DNA of 64,000 bases from Octopus bimaculoides (lineage: Eukaryota), in contig NC_068987.1 of assembly GCF_001194135.2 (NCBI RefSeq), positions 87,993,520 through 88,057,519 on the forward strand, written 5' to 3'. Made by a program: the position numbers and the translations under genes. How positions within the stretch are numbered: position 1 is the stretch's first letter; each line of letters begins with the position of its first letter. Below are positions 1 to 11,350 of the stretch, in pieces. The notes under the pieces were generated by a model. The model saw only the letters and a program-made list of their open reading frames with translations. It was not told where the DNA came from and ran no database searches.

Positions 1-209
1 GTATATATATGATGTATAAAGAAAGGAAAAATTGTAGGTGTAGATGATCTTTAATTCATAATCCAGGTTGGTACAGAACCAATATACATTCTACAAATTG
101 TTTTGGAGTGTAATTAATTCCAAAGACAAAAACTAAAAACTCATCATGAAATAAAGATTAGATTCTTTGTCAGGAATTACATTCTGGTATGAATAATTAT
201 GACCAACAA

Positions 210-647
210 TCGTTGGGAGATATGCTGTGCTTGTGAACACCTAAATGAAATCATGTTGAACCAAGTGAAATCGTAGTTGTGGCTGATACCAGTGCTGTCT
301 GATTGGCACCTGTGCCAGTGGCACATAAAAAGCACCATTCGAGCCTTGGGCCACATGGAGATAGGGTCAGGTGACCAAGACCTTTGGTGATATACTGTGC
401 TTGTGTAGACCTGCTAAGCTAAGTGAGACCATAGTTGTGGCTGATGCTGGTGTCAGGTCAATGGCACCTGTGCCAGTGGCACGTAAAAAGCACCCACTAC
501 GCTCTTGGAGTGGTTCGCATAAGAAAGGGCATCCAGCTGTAGAAACTCTGCCAAATCAGATCAGAACCTGATGCAGTCCCCCAACTTAGCAGTTTTCAGT
601 CAAACCGTCCAACCCATGCTAGCATGGGAAGCGGACGTTAAATGATA

Positions 648-689
<42 letters not shown>
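210..689 (+). mobile_element. 5'-truncated RTE-clade LINE (end of ORF2, 3'UTR, (GAT)n tail)
   Basis: Begins with ttgggagatatgctgtgcttg (matches the ORF2 end 'LWRYAVL' of the 45585-46420 copy), has gccagtggcacgtaaaaagcacc units and ends aacccatgctagcatgggaagcggacgttaaa(tga)n. Confidence 0.75.
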
Positions 690-1032
690 GCATGTTCTTG
701 AGCAAAACACTTCATTTTACGCTGCTCCAGTCCCCTTACGATCACGGGTTAATGTTGGCCAGCTCGCCTAGCCAGTAGAGTGGCATCACTCAATGGCTAA
801 ATGCAATGCAAAAAGGCATTGTGACCAGCGATGTGTAACATTTGATAGTGTCGTTGGTCACATGATCACGTGATATCTCTTAACAGTGAAAACTTGAAAA
901 CCAAAATGTTGGTAATGCAAAGATATATTACTTTTATTTTTTTTTTTTTTTTGTTAATTACCTTTCCTTAATTAGTCATACATAAATAGATGAAAGACAG
1001 ACTAATTGAATAATCAAACTTTTACTAATAAG

Positions 1033-1190
1033 TGCAGACGTGGTTGTGTGGTTAAGAGGCTTGCTTACCAACTATGTGCTTTCAGGTTCAGTCCCACTCC
1101 ATGGCACCGTGGGCAAGTGTCTTGTACTTTAACCCTGGGTTGACCAAAGCCTTCTGAGGAGATTTCGTAGATGGAAACTGAAGTCAGTCA
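1033..1190 (+). mobile_element. tRNA-headed SINE, family A (5' part)
   Basis: A-box-like gtggttgtgtggttaag, B-box-like ggttcagtcccact, then gggcaagtgtctt...gatttcgtagatggaaactgaa shared with more than 15 copies in the window. Confidence 0.75.
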
Positions 1191-1192
1191 TA

Positions 1193-1228
<36 letters not shown>

Positions 1229-1459
1229 CATCATGAAAGCAGTGTTCTTTATTTCCAATTTTCTGTGAGAACATATCAGGTCATAGGAAAATAGTTCCTT
1301 GCTTGGAAACAAATGAGTGTTGGCAACAGGAAGGGCATCCAGACAGAAAATCCACTTCAACAAATTCTCGTTAAATCATGCAAGGGTGGAAAAGTGAACA
1401 TTAAAATGATGATGATAAATATACAAAAATGTTTGTTTATATATTATGAATACGAAACC

Positions 1460-1981
1460 TATTGAGGCAAGTGAAATAAAATCAAAATCACTGACGTGGT
1501 CGATGACAGTACCGCCTGATTGGCATTTGTGCCAGTCGAACGTTAAAAGCACATCCGAGTGTGATCGTTGCCAGGGCCACGGATTGGTTCCTGTGCTGGT
1601 GGCATGTAAAAGGCACCATTCGAGTGTGATCGTTGCCAGTGTTGCCTTACCAGCACGTGCTGGTAGCATATGAAAAACAACCGTTCGAGCATGGTAATTG
1701 CCAGTGCCGCTGGACTGGTTCCCGTGCAGGTAACACATAAAAAACATCTTTTGAGTATGGTTGTTGCTAGAACCACCTGACTGGCCCTCATGCCAGTGGC
1801 ACGTAAAAGCACCCACTACAATCTGAGAGTGGTTAGCGTTAGGAAGAGCATCCAGCTGCAAAAACTCTGCCAGATCAGATTGGAGCCTGGTGCAGCCTCT
1901 GGCTCACCAGTCCTCAATCAAACTGTCCAGCCCATGCCAGCATGGAAAGTGGACATTAAGCGACGATGATGATGATGATGA
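1460..1981 (+). mobile_element. RTE LINE 3'UTR copy with ~65-bp unit array and (GAT)n tail
   Basis: Colinear with the 3'UTR of 45585-46420 (ttgaggcaagtgaaataaaatcaaaatcactga...); about five tandem units; ends in gatgatgatg. Confidence 0.8.
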
Positions 1982-2055
1982 ATAGAATATGTTTGTACTG
2001 TATGATTTTGCTTATATTCTACAAACTAAATGAAATCAGAGATTAATAAGCTCAC

Positions 2056-2302
2056 CATGGATATCTTGCCAAGTTCAGTGATAACATCATATATCTCGTT
2101 AGATCTAAATATACATTTATAATGAACAATAACTGAAACGAACCTGTCAGTCCTAAGAGGACACCTTTTCATGTTCAACATTTCAAAATAATTTGCTATA
2201 AGCAAATCTTCATAACTTAAAACTCTTTGGTGATTCATTATCTTGACATCATTTTGGTCTTTGGAGGAAACTGATTGACTTCTGCTTCTAGACATATTCT
2301 TC
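2056..2302 (-). CDS. Candidate internal coding exon of an unidentified minus-strand gene (82 aa, KNMSRSRSQ...ELGKISM)
   Basis: Lies in the longest non-repeat ORF (2026-2409). Acceptor ttttactgttctcag| and donor ATG|gtgagc; 247 nt = 1+82x3 (phase 2 to 0), open throughout. No recognisable domain. Confidence 0.5.
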
Positions 2303-2451
2303 CTGAGAACAGTAAAAGGATAAATTGCTTTTAGAATAAAGAAGTTATAAGCTGGCATCAAAATGTGCTTTATGTAGTATTTTTTTGGTGAAGTTTTAAA
2401 CTGTGGCATTTTTTGTGCATTTTGCTCACAAGAAGATATGAATATTTAATT

Positions 2452-2785
2452 TATTCTGTTGTGTCTGGGGAGAGTCATTCTTTTTTAGTGCTTTATAATT
2501 TAACACACTCACTGGTAAAATTTCCACTTATTTCTTTTTTATCTTTCTAAAATTTTCGTTGCGTCTTGCAACCTTTTCAATAGTTTTGAGTCAAAAGCAT
2601 TGAAAATGTTGCAAGACACAACGAAAATTTTAGAAAAATAAAAAAGAAATAAGTGGAAATTTTACCAGTGAGTGTGTTAAATGATAAAACACTAAAAGAG
2701 AATGACTCTCCCCAGACACAACAGAATATGCTTCAACACACAAATTCACATAAAGAATCTTGCAAACCAAATCCAAAAACGAAAT
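2452..2785. mobile_element. Foldback/MITE-like element with ~135-bp inverted arms
   Basis: tattctgttgtgtctggggagagtcattc... pairs with ...gaatgactctccccagacacaacagaata (ends 2728), centre about 2590; right arm and extension match 59820-60000. Confidence 0.8.
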
Positions 2786-2869
2786 TTAAATTATTATTTT
2801 ATTTATCTTCTGTTATATAAATAATCAAATAAAAGTAACAAGCCAATATCAAAAATATTATTCTTTTAT

Positions 2870-3245
2870 TTGTTTCAGTCATTTGACTGCAGCCATGCTG
2901 GAGCACTGCCTTTAGTTGAACAAATCAACCCAGCGACTTATTCTTTCTAAGCCTAGTACTTATTCTGTCAGTCTCTTCTGCTGAACTGCTAATTTACAGG
3001 GATGTGAACATACCAACATCAGTTGTCAAGCAATGGTGGATGGACAAACACAGACACACAAATATATACACACACACATATATATATATGATGGGCTTCT
3101 TTCAGTCTCCATTACCAAATCCACTCACAAGGCTTTGGTCATCCCAAGGCTATAATAGAAGACACTTGCCCATGGTGCCACACAGTGGGACTGAACCCGG
3201 AACCATGTGGTTGGTAAGCAAGCTACTTACCACACAGCCACTCCT
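2870..3245 (-). mobile_element. SINE family A, near full length, CpG-decayed
   Basis: Same organisation as 62636-63025: 3' tail ttgtttcagtcatttgactgc, internal (CA/TA)n, tRNA-like head ending at cacagccactcct. Confidence 0.8.
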
Positions 3246-3761
3246 GTGCCTGATTTTAACATTTAAAATGCAAAAAAAAAAAGACATAAATAGGCTCTGG
3301 TGTGGAGGATGTGCTTTAACCAGGAGAAATCCTTGGTGATGATGAGGTGGCTGTCATTAAGTACCATCTGTCATTAAGTACCACCTCCTGGTCATTTTGG
3401 CTTAAATATTTCCTCTGAGGGTGCTCTTTGATGAGTGTCCGAAGCAGCTGGTATGTCACTGTGAAAAAGAGTGGTCAGAGCAAGCCCGACCAGCTTGGAT
3501 ATGAAAAGTAGAGAATGATCATGTGACCCAATAATTGGAGTAATTCTGAGGTCTCCAGAAGAGCACTGCTTCTAATAAATGGAGGAGGGGACTTCATATG
3601 AGTAGTATTTGTGTTTTCTTCCTTTTGAAAAAGACAAGATTAGAATTATATTCATTGAAGGATGCTTCTAAGGTCCCTGGGGTCAGTGAGTGTTTGGCAT
3701 AGAACAAAAAATTTGGAGTGATGACCTTTGTTGTTTAAAGTGATTGTATTTTTCATTCGAT

Positions 3762-4232
3762 GACTGGCACCTGCGCCAGTGGAGCACTAACAGCACTGTC
3801 GAGCGTGTTCATTGCCAGAGCAGCTGTCTGGCTTCCATGCTAGTGGCCCGTAAGTAGCACCATTTGAGCATAATCGTTACCAGCGTTGCCTGCTAGCACT
3901 TGTGCTGGTGGCACGTGTAAAGACATTTGAGCGAGTTCATTGCCAGTGCCGCTGGACTGGCTCCTGTGCAGGTGGCACGTAAAAAACACCTTTTTGAGCG
4001 TGGCCATTGCCAGTACCGTGTGACTGACCCTCGTGCCGGTTGCACGTAAAAGCACCCACTACACTCTCGGAGTGGTTGGCGTTAGGAAGGGCATCCAGCT
4101 GTAGAAACTCTGCCAAATCAGATTGGAGCCTGGTGTTGCCATCCGGTTTCACCAGTCCTCAGTCAAATCGTCCAACCCATGCTAGCATGGAAAGCGGACG
4201 TTAAACGGTGATGATGATGATGATGATGATGA
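3762..4232 (+). mobile_element. RTE LINE 3'UTR copy
   Basis: Unit array plus ttaggaagggcatccagctgtagaaactctgcc...ggaaagcggacgttaaac and (GAT)n tail. Confidence 0.8.
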
Positions 4233-4991
4233 TCTCTATGAGATTGCTGGAAGAAATAGCAGTAATTCAGTCATCCCATCTACCAAATTATAGAAATCTT
4301 TCATACTTGAAAGTCTTGCTATAAAATCCAATCCCTAATGTTTTCATTTACTTCCATTTTAAATAACATGAACATGAATGGCAAAATAGGTTTTATGTTA
4401 TGGTAAAATTTTCAGGAACCAAATGCTTCCATAATGCAGAGGATGTCAGTAAAATTGTTCCAATTCAATGAAAAATACTCCTCTCATATAAAAACAGAAC
4501 TTAATCAAAAGAAATCAATCATTATTTTTAGAGTTACCGTAATAATAGTATTTTTCTTTTACTGTTCAATAATAGACTCTGAAAAGCCATAGGCTTTGCA
4601 TCTGTACCAAAATGCCTCACTTCTGTGATGTTTCCGTCTTCCTCTCACATCTCTATGGCATCAATACTCTCCACTTCTCACATGCTTCTATTGTATCAAT
4701 ACTCTCTATTGTCAGACTATGATTCTAAATTACACCCACTATTACAATTTCGTCTTCATTCTTTATTGTAAGTCTATCAGACACTTAACAGCAGCAGTCA
4801 CAGCAGACAGTATGGAAGAGGAATACAAAGGTGTCTGCCAGAGAAGAGACATTTACAGACAGACAACTTCTTCCATTACAATTCCTTAGATTCTTTGTAG
4901 TTCAAGTACAAATCTATATTTTATGTTTTTTATTTTTTCTTGTTTCAGTCATTCAACTTCAGCCCATGTTGAGGCACCAACTTGACAGGTT

Positions 4992-5309
4992 CTCATCTTG
5001 TTTGTTGTTAACACAACAATTTGGGCATGTGGCGTAGTGGTTAAAAGCACGGGCTACTAACCCCAAGACTCCGAGTTCGATTCTAGGCAGTGACTTGAGG
5101 AGCAGCAGCAGCAGTAACAACAACAGCAACAGCAACAACAACAACAACATCAAAAAATACCTTAGGAATGAGAACCCAGGTTCGAAATTTCCCCAAGATA
5201 TCTTATGAAGGCTGGAGGGTATATATCAGCTGAAACATGTTTACAATAAACAAGATGAGGACAAATATCCATCAAATGTAAATAATGTAAATATTAATGT
5301 ACATAATTC
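4992..5309 (+). mobile_element. tRNA-headed SINE with HHR-like tail (family D) preceded by an inverted tail fragment
   Basis: Head ggcatgtggcgtagtggtt...gagttcgattc from 5024, (AGC/AAC)n, then atacCTTAGGAATGAGAACCCAGG...; degenerate HHR core (cttatgaaggctgg...cagctgaaac); 4992-5017 is the reverse complement of the tail. Confidence 0.75.
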
Positions 5310-5404
5310 ACTGAGAGGAATGTTCGAAACCTCTGTATTGAGGAATCCTTGATCCGTCAACTTAATCCAAAGATCAACAATCCTTTCTACAAAAAGCACA
5401 AAGC

Positions 5405-5590
5405 CTGAAAACCAGGGTGAGGGGACTGGTCAATTACATCGACCCCAGTGTTTCACTGGTATTTAATTTATTGACCCCAGAAAGATGAAAGGCAAAGTCA
5501 ATCTCGGTGGAATTTGAACTCAGAACGTAACGATGGGCAAAATACCGCTAAGCATTTCATTTGGCGTGTTAACGATTCTGCCAGCTTGCT
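5405..5590 (-). mobile_element. SINE family E (reverse of 8913-9127)
   Basis: gaccccag...ggcaaagtcaatctcggtggaatttgaactcagaacgtaa...aacgattctgccagcttgctgcc is the reverse complement of the family-E copy. Confidence 0.75.
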
Positions 5591-5689
5591 GCCCTCCAAA
5601 GGTCAAGAATCAATCAGGGTTGGCCTGGTGGCTTCTATAAATTATTAATCGTCCCCAACTTCACTGTGACCATGACCAATATCATCTCT

Positions 5690-5900
5690 ACTACTACAAC
5701 ATATACCACCACCAACACGACAACGACGACGACAACCACCAGCACGACGACGACCACCACCACCAAGTTACCTTCACTACAACTGCAGCCAACCTACAGC
5801 TAGCCATCAACCACTGCCTCTTTAATGACCCTATGACCTCTACAGCCACTGGCAACACCAATTTTGCATCAACTGTAGCTACTACATTCACCTGTTGCCA
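5690..5900. repeat. Trinucleotide low-complexity tract (ACC/ACG/ACT/AAC)
   Basis: accaccaccaacacgacaacgacgacgac... Confidence 0.7.
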
Positions 5901-6149
5901 TGGCTACCACTGCATGGCCAAAGCAGGGTCACTGCCTGTATGACAATCAAAATGGCAGAATCTACATAAACTTACGTTTCTTTAAGCTGTTCACTTCTCA
6001 TGATGGGCCTTTGTGCCTGAAATAATAAAAGTTACTCAATTTTCCCTTTTCACATTGTTAGAAATTCTCATTATTTCAAAGTCTTCATTATTTACCATTT
6101 TGCTTCTGTACCACAATGCTTTAAGCAAACTACCACACTCTTCATATAT

Positions 6150-6240
6150 ACAAATGTATGCATACATACATACATACACACACATACATATATACACATA
6201 CATATATACATATACATATGCACAGATACATATAAACATA

Positions 6241-6283
<43 letters not shown>

Positions 6284-6361
6284 TCACACATATATATACT
6301 ACATACATACACATACATATATATATATACATATATAAATATATACTTATGTACATACAGA

Positions 6362-6413
<52 letters not shown>

Positions 6414-6625
6414 NNNNNNNNNNNNNNNNNNNNNNNNNNNNNNNNNNNNNNNNNNNNNNNNNNNNNNNNNNNNNNNNNNNNNNNNNNNNNNNNNNNNNNN
6501 NNNNNNNNNNNNNNNNNNNNNNNNNNNNNNNNNNNNNNNNNNNNNNNNNNNNNNNNNNNNNNNNNNNNNNNNNNNNNNNNNNNNNNNNNNNNNNNNNNNN
6601 NNNNNNNNNNNNNNNNNNNNNNNNN

Positions 6626-6687
<62 letters not shown>

Positions 6688-6690
6688 ATA
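6150..6690. repeat. (TA)n/(CA)n microsatellite spanning an assembly gap (N 6414-6625)
   Basis: Directly visible. Confidence 0.95.
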
Positions 6691-7119
6691 CACACATCGA
6701 CCAACATCTAAATCTAAAAGAAAATTTCACACATTCTGTGTCTTTTAATGACATGGTTCCATAGCTATTTGTCTTCCTTCACCTTTTTCCTTTTTCTCTG
6801 TTCACTAACATAAAAGCAGGAGATTGGATCTTCAAGAGAAATTAGCCAACAGCAAACCAATTTGAAAACAAAACTGGAAATTACCAAAGATTATTGAGAG
6901 AACCTCTTTTAGTCTGAGAAGGGGTCAATGACATAGTGCCAGAGATAAAAACTGTTCAAATCTCTAATTAAATACTGTGGTGACATCAACAGAAAATCCA
7001 AACTACTCATGATTCTTTTAATGTCTTAGTCTTTCACTGGATGCAGTCAATGAATTGTGGCCATGCTGGGGCATCAATGACTCTATAATTTTAGTTTTGT
7101 ATTTTATTTTTCTATATTG

Positions 7120-7427
7120 TAAAAAGCACCATCTGAACATGGCTGATGCCAGCCCCCACCCCCTGCCCCGACTGGCTCCTGCGCCGGTAGCATGTAAAAA
7201 GCACCATCCAAACATGGCTGATGTCAGTGCTGCCTGACTGGCTCCCGTGCCAGTGGCACGTAAAAGCACCCACTACACTCTCAGAGTGGTTGGTGTTAGG
7301 AAGTGCATCCAGCTGTAGAAACCTTGCCAGATCAGATTTGAGCCTAATGCAGCCTGACTGGCTTGCCAGTCCCCTAGTCAAACTGTCCAACCCATGCCAG
7401 CATGGAAAGCGGACGTTAAACAACAAC

Positions 7428-7460
<33 letters not shown>
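7120..7460 (+). mobile_element. RTE LINE 3'UTR copy
   Basis: gtaaaaagcacc units, ttaggaagtgcatccagctgtagaa, (GAT)n tail. Confidence 0.8.
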
Positions 7461-7943
7461 ATTGTGTGGTTATGAATTTTGCTGCCCAACCATGTGGTTT
7501 TGGGTTTAATCCCACTCACAGTGGGGTCTACACCTTAGGCACGTGTCTTCTACTGTAGTCTCAGGTTAAACAAAGTCTTGTGAATGTATTTGGTAGACAG
7601 AAACTGAAAGAAGCCTACCGTGTTTGTGTGTACCTTTGTGAAGACATCATCATCATATAAGTAAGATTATTCATTTACAATCTTCTGTCAAAAACATGTC
7701 AAGGTATGGGGGGAAATATTACTATATTTCGAAACAGGTGAGGGTTAGCAACAGGAAGGACATCCAGCTGTAGAAAATTTGCTTCAACAAATTATGCCTG
7801 ACTCATGCAAGCATAGAAAAATAGATGTTAAATGATAATGATGATTTTTATCAATAAACTAAGTTATAAATTGTTTTCCTTTTCATCTTGTAAGTAATGT
7901 GTTTATATAAGACATATTTACACATAAACTCAATCATGCTTAC

Positions 7944-8001
7944 TGCTGTATAAAGCAATTGAAGTTCCTAGGCATCTTTTCTGATAAAGAGACAATTATT
8001 C
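7944..8001 (-). CDS. Weak candidate 58-nt exon (IIVSLSEKMPRNFNCFIQ), phase-compatible with 2056-2302
   Basis: Acceptor cttatctgttttag| and donor CA|gtaagc; its phase-2 end joins the phase-2 start of exon 2302 (CA+G=Gln). An alternative 35-nt candidate at 8757-8791 also ends in phase 2. Confidence 0.25.
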
Positions 8002-8149
8002 CTAAAACAGATAAGCGGATTTCCTATTACTGTTCTTTTTTGCTAAAAAGAACAATAGAATGTTTGCACATCATCTGCAATTTTCATAGCCATGGTTTTC
8101 AAATAACTGTAGATTGTAGGCAAGTCACCTGTTGTTCTGGGTGTTGTGT

Positions 8150-8715
8150 AGCTGATCCTGACAGAAGTTCTTTTCATCCGAGAAGAACCGGATCATCCCC
8201 AACTTAATAAGATGTCTCAGTTTGTTCAGGAGTTTCTTTGCCTTCCTCAAGTGGTTCTCCTTGGCCTTGGCTCTCAGAATTTGTCCCTTGTGTGCCTCTT
8301 GTACGAGTGGTTGTAAAGGTCCTCATTCAAGGACAGCTTCATTGTGGTAACTCCAACATTCGTCTCTCTTACCAAAGCTCAATTTCCCTTGCTCAGATCT
8401 TCCAACACCTTGTCCTGCAGTTGTCGGATGAATTCTGATGTGTGGACACAGTCAGAACATCTGCTGTGTCCATTCCTGCTAGCCACAGCTCTTTAGTCTC
8501 CATTGCAGCTGTCCATGTCGTGTCTTACAACCTTTACAATGTTCACAAAGCATTGAGCAGCTGTCATGATGTTGGCATTTTGATACCCAATGCAAATCAT
8601 CATGACACAGGTAACTCTTTTCCAATATTCAGATGGCTTCCACTCCTCCATGTTAGCTGACTTTATGCTCTCCAACACTGTTGACTGTTCACCAATACTT
8701 CAAGATGTTCCTTAC
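8150..8715 (-). pseudogene. Decayed Tc1/mariner-superfamily (maT/DD37D-like) transposase, N-terminal part
   Basis: Interrupted frame ...SEFIRQLQDKVLEDLSKGN*ALVRETNVGVTTMKLSLNEDL...; similar to the 5' part of 21277-21715. Confidence 0.6.
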
Positions 8716-8912
8716 AAAAGGAGACATGAAAAAAAAAATCATCAAATTAAGCTTACCCTATATTAGAGGGCATATAACTTGCAGTTTTCCCCTTAAAAAA
8801 TTTCACCAAAATAAAAAGAAACCCCACCCCAAGTCCCATATGTGAAATTGGACCTATTTTACATGCTCTAATAATGCATTAAAAATGGTTTTTCCACAAT
8901 ATGCACTACCGA

Positions 8913-9127
8913 AGACGGCGAGCTGGCAGAAGGGTTAGCACGCGGGCGAAATGCTTAGCAGTAATTCGTCTGCCGCTACGTTCTGAGTTTAAATTCCGCC
9001 GAGGTCGACTTTGCCTTTCATCCTTTCAAGGTCGATAAATTAAGAATCAGTTTTGTACTGGGGTCGATCTAATCGACTGGCCCCCTCCCACCAAATTTCG
9101 GACCTTGTGCCTAGAGTAGAAAAGAAT
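8913..9127 (+). mobile_element. SINE family E, near full length
   Basis: ggcgagctggcagaagggttagcacgcgggcgaaatgcttagc...gagtttaaattccgccgaggtcgactttgcctttcatcc; further copies at about 33895-34065, 43280-43620 and 61840-61970. Confidence 0.75.
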
Positions 9128-9549
9128 ATGCACTACTGAAACTAGTGGGGTGGTGGGGTATCTAATAGGTCTGTGTATCTTTTATGTCACCATATATGGT
9201 AGTCTTAACCATGGTCGCAATTTGCTAATTTGTTCAAGGTGATGCTCCAGCATGGCCACAGAACAATGACTGAAACAAATTAAAAGATAAAAATGAAACG
9301 CACATCAAACGATGGTTACATATTTATCACTTAACACATTATGTTATCAAAAACATATTTTCATCCATTTGCTTTTTCTCTGTCTTATCTTAATCTAATT
9401 AAACTGGGGGAATAAGTTTCTGTAATTAGCAGCGATACATCGTTAAAGAATATAATGTCGGTGATTGATACGTGTTTTTTTTTTATTAATGTTACACCAC
9501 CGCAAATTCTCACTGATAATACACCATCATCGACATTAATACGATCCCC

Positions 9550-10250
9550 ACCAAACACCACCACAGTCACCATCACCACCATCATTATAATCACCACTGA
9601 CACCATTACCAACATCACCACCACCACCACCACCATTACCACCACCACCACACCACCACCACCACACCACCACCACCACACCNNNNNNNNNNNNNNNNNN
9701 NNNNNNNNNNNNNNNNNNNNNNNNNNNNNNNNNNNNNNNNNNNNNNNNNNNNNNNNNNNNNNNNNNNNNNNNNNNNNNNNNNNNNNNNNNNNNNNNNNNN
9801 NNNNNNNNNNNNNNNNNNNNNNNNNNNNNNNNNNNNNNNNNNNNNNNNNNNNNNNNNNNNNNNNNNNNNNNNNNNNNNNNNNNNNNNNNNNNNNNNNNNN
9901 NNNNNNNNNNNNNNNNNNNNNNNNNNNNNNNNNNNNNNNNNNNNNNNNNNNNNNNNNNNNNNNNNNNNNNNNNNNNNNNNNNNNNNNNNNNNNNNNNNNN
10001 NNNNNNNNNNNNNNNNNNNNNNNNNNNNNNNNNNNNNNNNNNNNNNNNNNNNNNNNNNNNNNNNNNNNNNNNNNNNNNNNNNNNNNNNNNNNNNNNNNNN
10101 NNNNNNATCACCACCACCACCGCAATCACCACCACCATCACCACCACTACCACCATCACCACCACCACAACCACAACCACCACCACATCAACACCATCTC
10201 CATCCCCACCATCACTATCTCCATTGCCATCTCACCCCCACCCCCCATCG
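9550..10250. repeat. (CAC/ACC)n trinucleotide tract spanning a gap
   Basis: Directly visible. Confidence 0.9.
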
Positions 10251-10609
10251 TATTGCATGGTACCTATCACCACTTTCATTGGTGTCACATGCTAACAAGG
10301 GAGCCGCTACATGTTCACTCCATTTGCTAGACATGGAGGTCAACTTTCCCTGCAGTCACATCACATGGATAGAAGGGTACATTTGATGACACAGCTCTAA
10401 GTTACCTACACATAGCAAAGAGAAGGGGTGGTCACAATTGGATTGTCTTTGATCATGGATTTGCTTGATAGGGGTCGACCATGGGCTAAACAACAATTAA
10501 AAAAAACAATAACACTCCTACTACTACTACTACTACTATTACTACTACTGCTGCTATCAAACCCTGGTAGCATTAAGAGTGTACTGACTGCCATCACCAC
10601 CATCACAGT

Positions 10610-11035
10610 AACGAGAGAAAGAGAGAGAGGGAGAAGGGAGAGAGAAAGAGAGAGAAGGAGAAAGAGAGAGAAGGAGGAAGAGAGAGAAGGAGAAAGAGAG
10701 AGGAGAAAGAATGAGAGAGAAGGAGAGAGAGAAAGAGAAAGAGAAAGAGAGAGGGGAATAGAGAGAGAGAAACAGAAAGAGAAAGAAGGAGATAGAAACA
10801 GAGAGAAGTAGAGAGAGAAAGAGAGAGAATCAGAAAGAGAAAAAAGAGGAAGAGAGAGGAGAAAGAGAGAAAGAGAGAGAGAAAGAGAGAAAGAGAAAGA
10901 GAGAGAAAGAGAGAGACACACACACATGCATGCCCACATGCACACGCACACACACACACACACACACACAAAGGATCAGATAGATAGAAAGATAGATAGA
11001 TAGATAGATAGACAGATGTTGATAGATAGATATTC
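10610..11035. repeat. Compound (GA)n-(CA)n-(GATA)n microsatellite
   Basis: Directly visible. Confidence 0.9.
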
Positions 11036-11350
11036 AGTCAGCTCCAACTGATGGCAGTCTTTCTTATCACAAATAATTACAAAAAGATCTCTACTATAAA
11101 TACCTCGACAAAAAAAGAAATGAACATAATTTGAAGATAAAAAGAAATTAAAAATCAAGGTAAAGTCAATAAATAAACACTAATTGGTTTACTTATTACT
11201 CACCACTAATTGCTTTAGTAAAAACATTTTACAAAAAACAAACATTGACTTATAGTTTTTTTGGGGGTTTTTTTCCATTGTGCAGTTCTAGTTTATTTAC
11301 AATGTCTTGCATCTACTTTCTCGTACATTCACTAGTTTTGACCAGATATA

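Noticed and set aside
1460-1810. CRISPR-like repeat array (also 15213-15707)
   Set aside because: Units are degenerate and lack unique spacers, there are no cas genes, and the context is a eukaryotic LINE UTR or microsatellite.
5024-5097. tRNA gene (also the heads at 16203, 26721 and 60417)
   Set aside because: A and B boxes are present but there is no proper acceptor stem, and each continues into a multicopy body, so these are SINE heads.
6013-6754. Long ORFs on both strands (similar ones at 9455-10330, 16315-17210, 18255-19071, 29353-30126, 47778-48585 and 53185-53520)
   Set aside because: They run through N gaps and dinucleotide or trinucleotide repeats.
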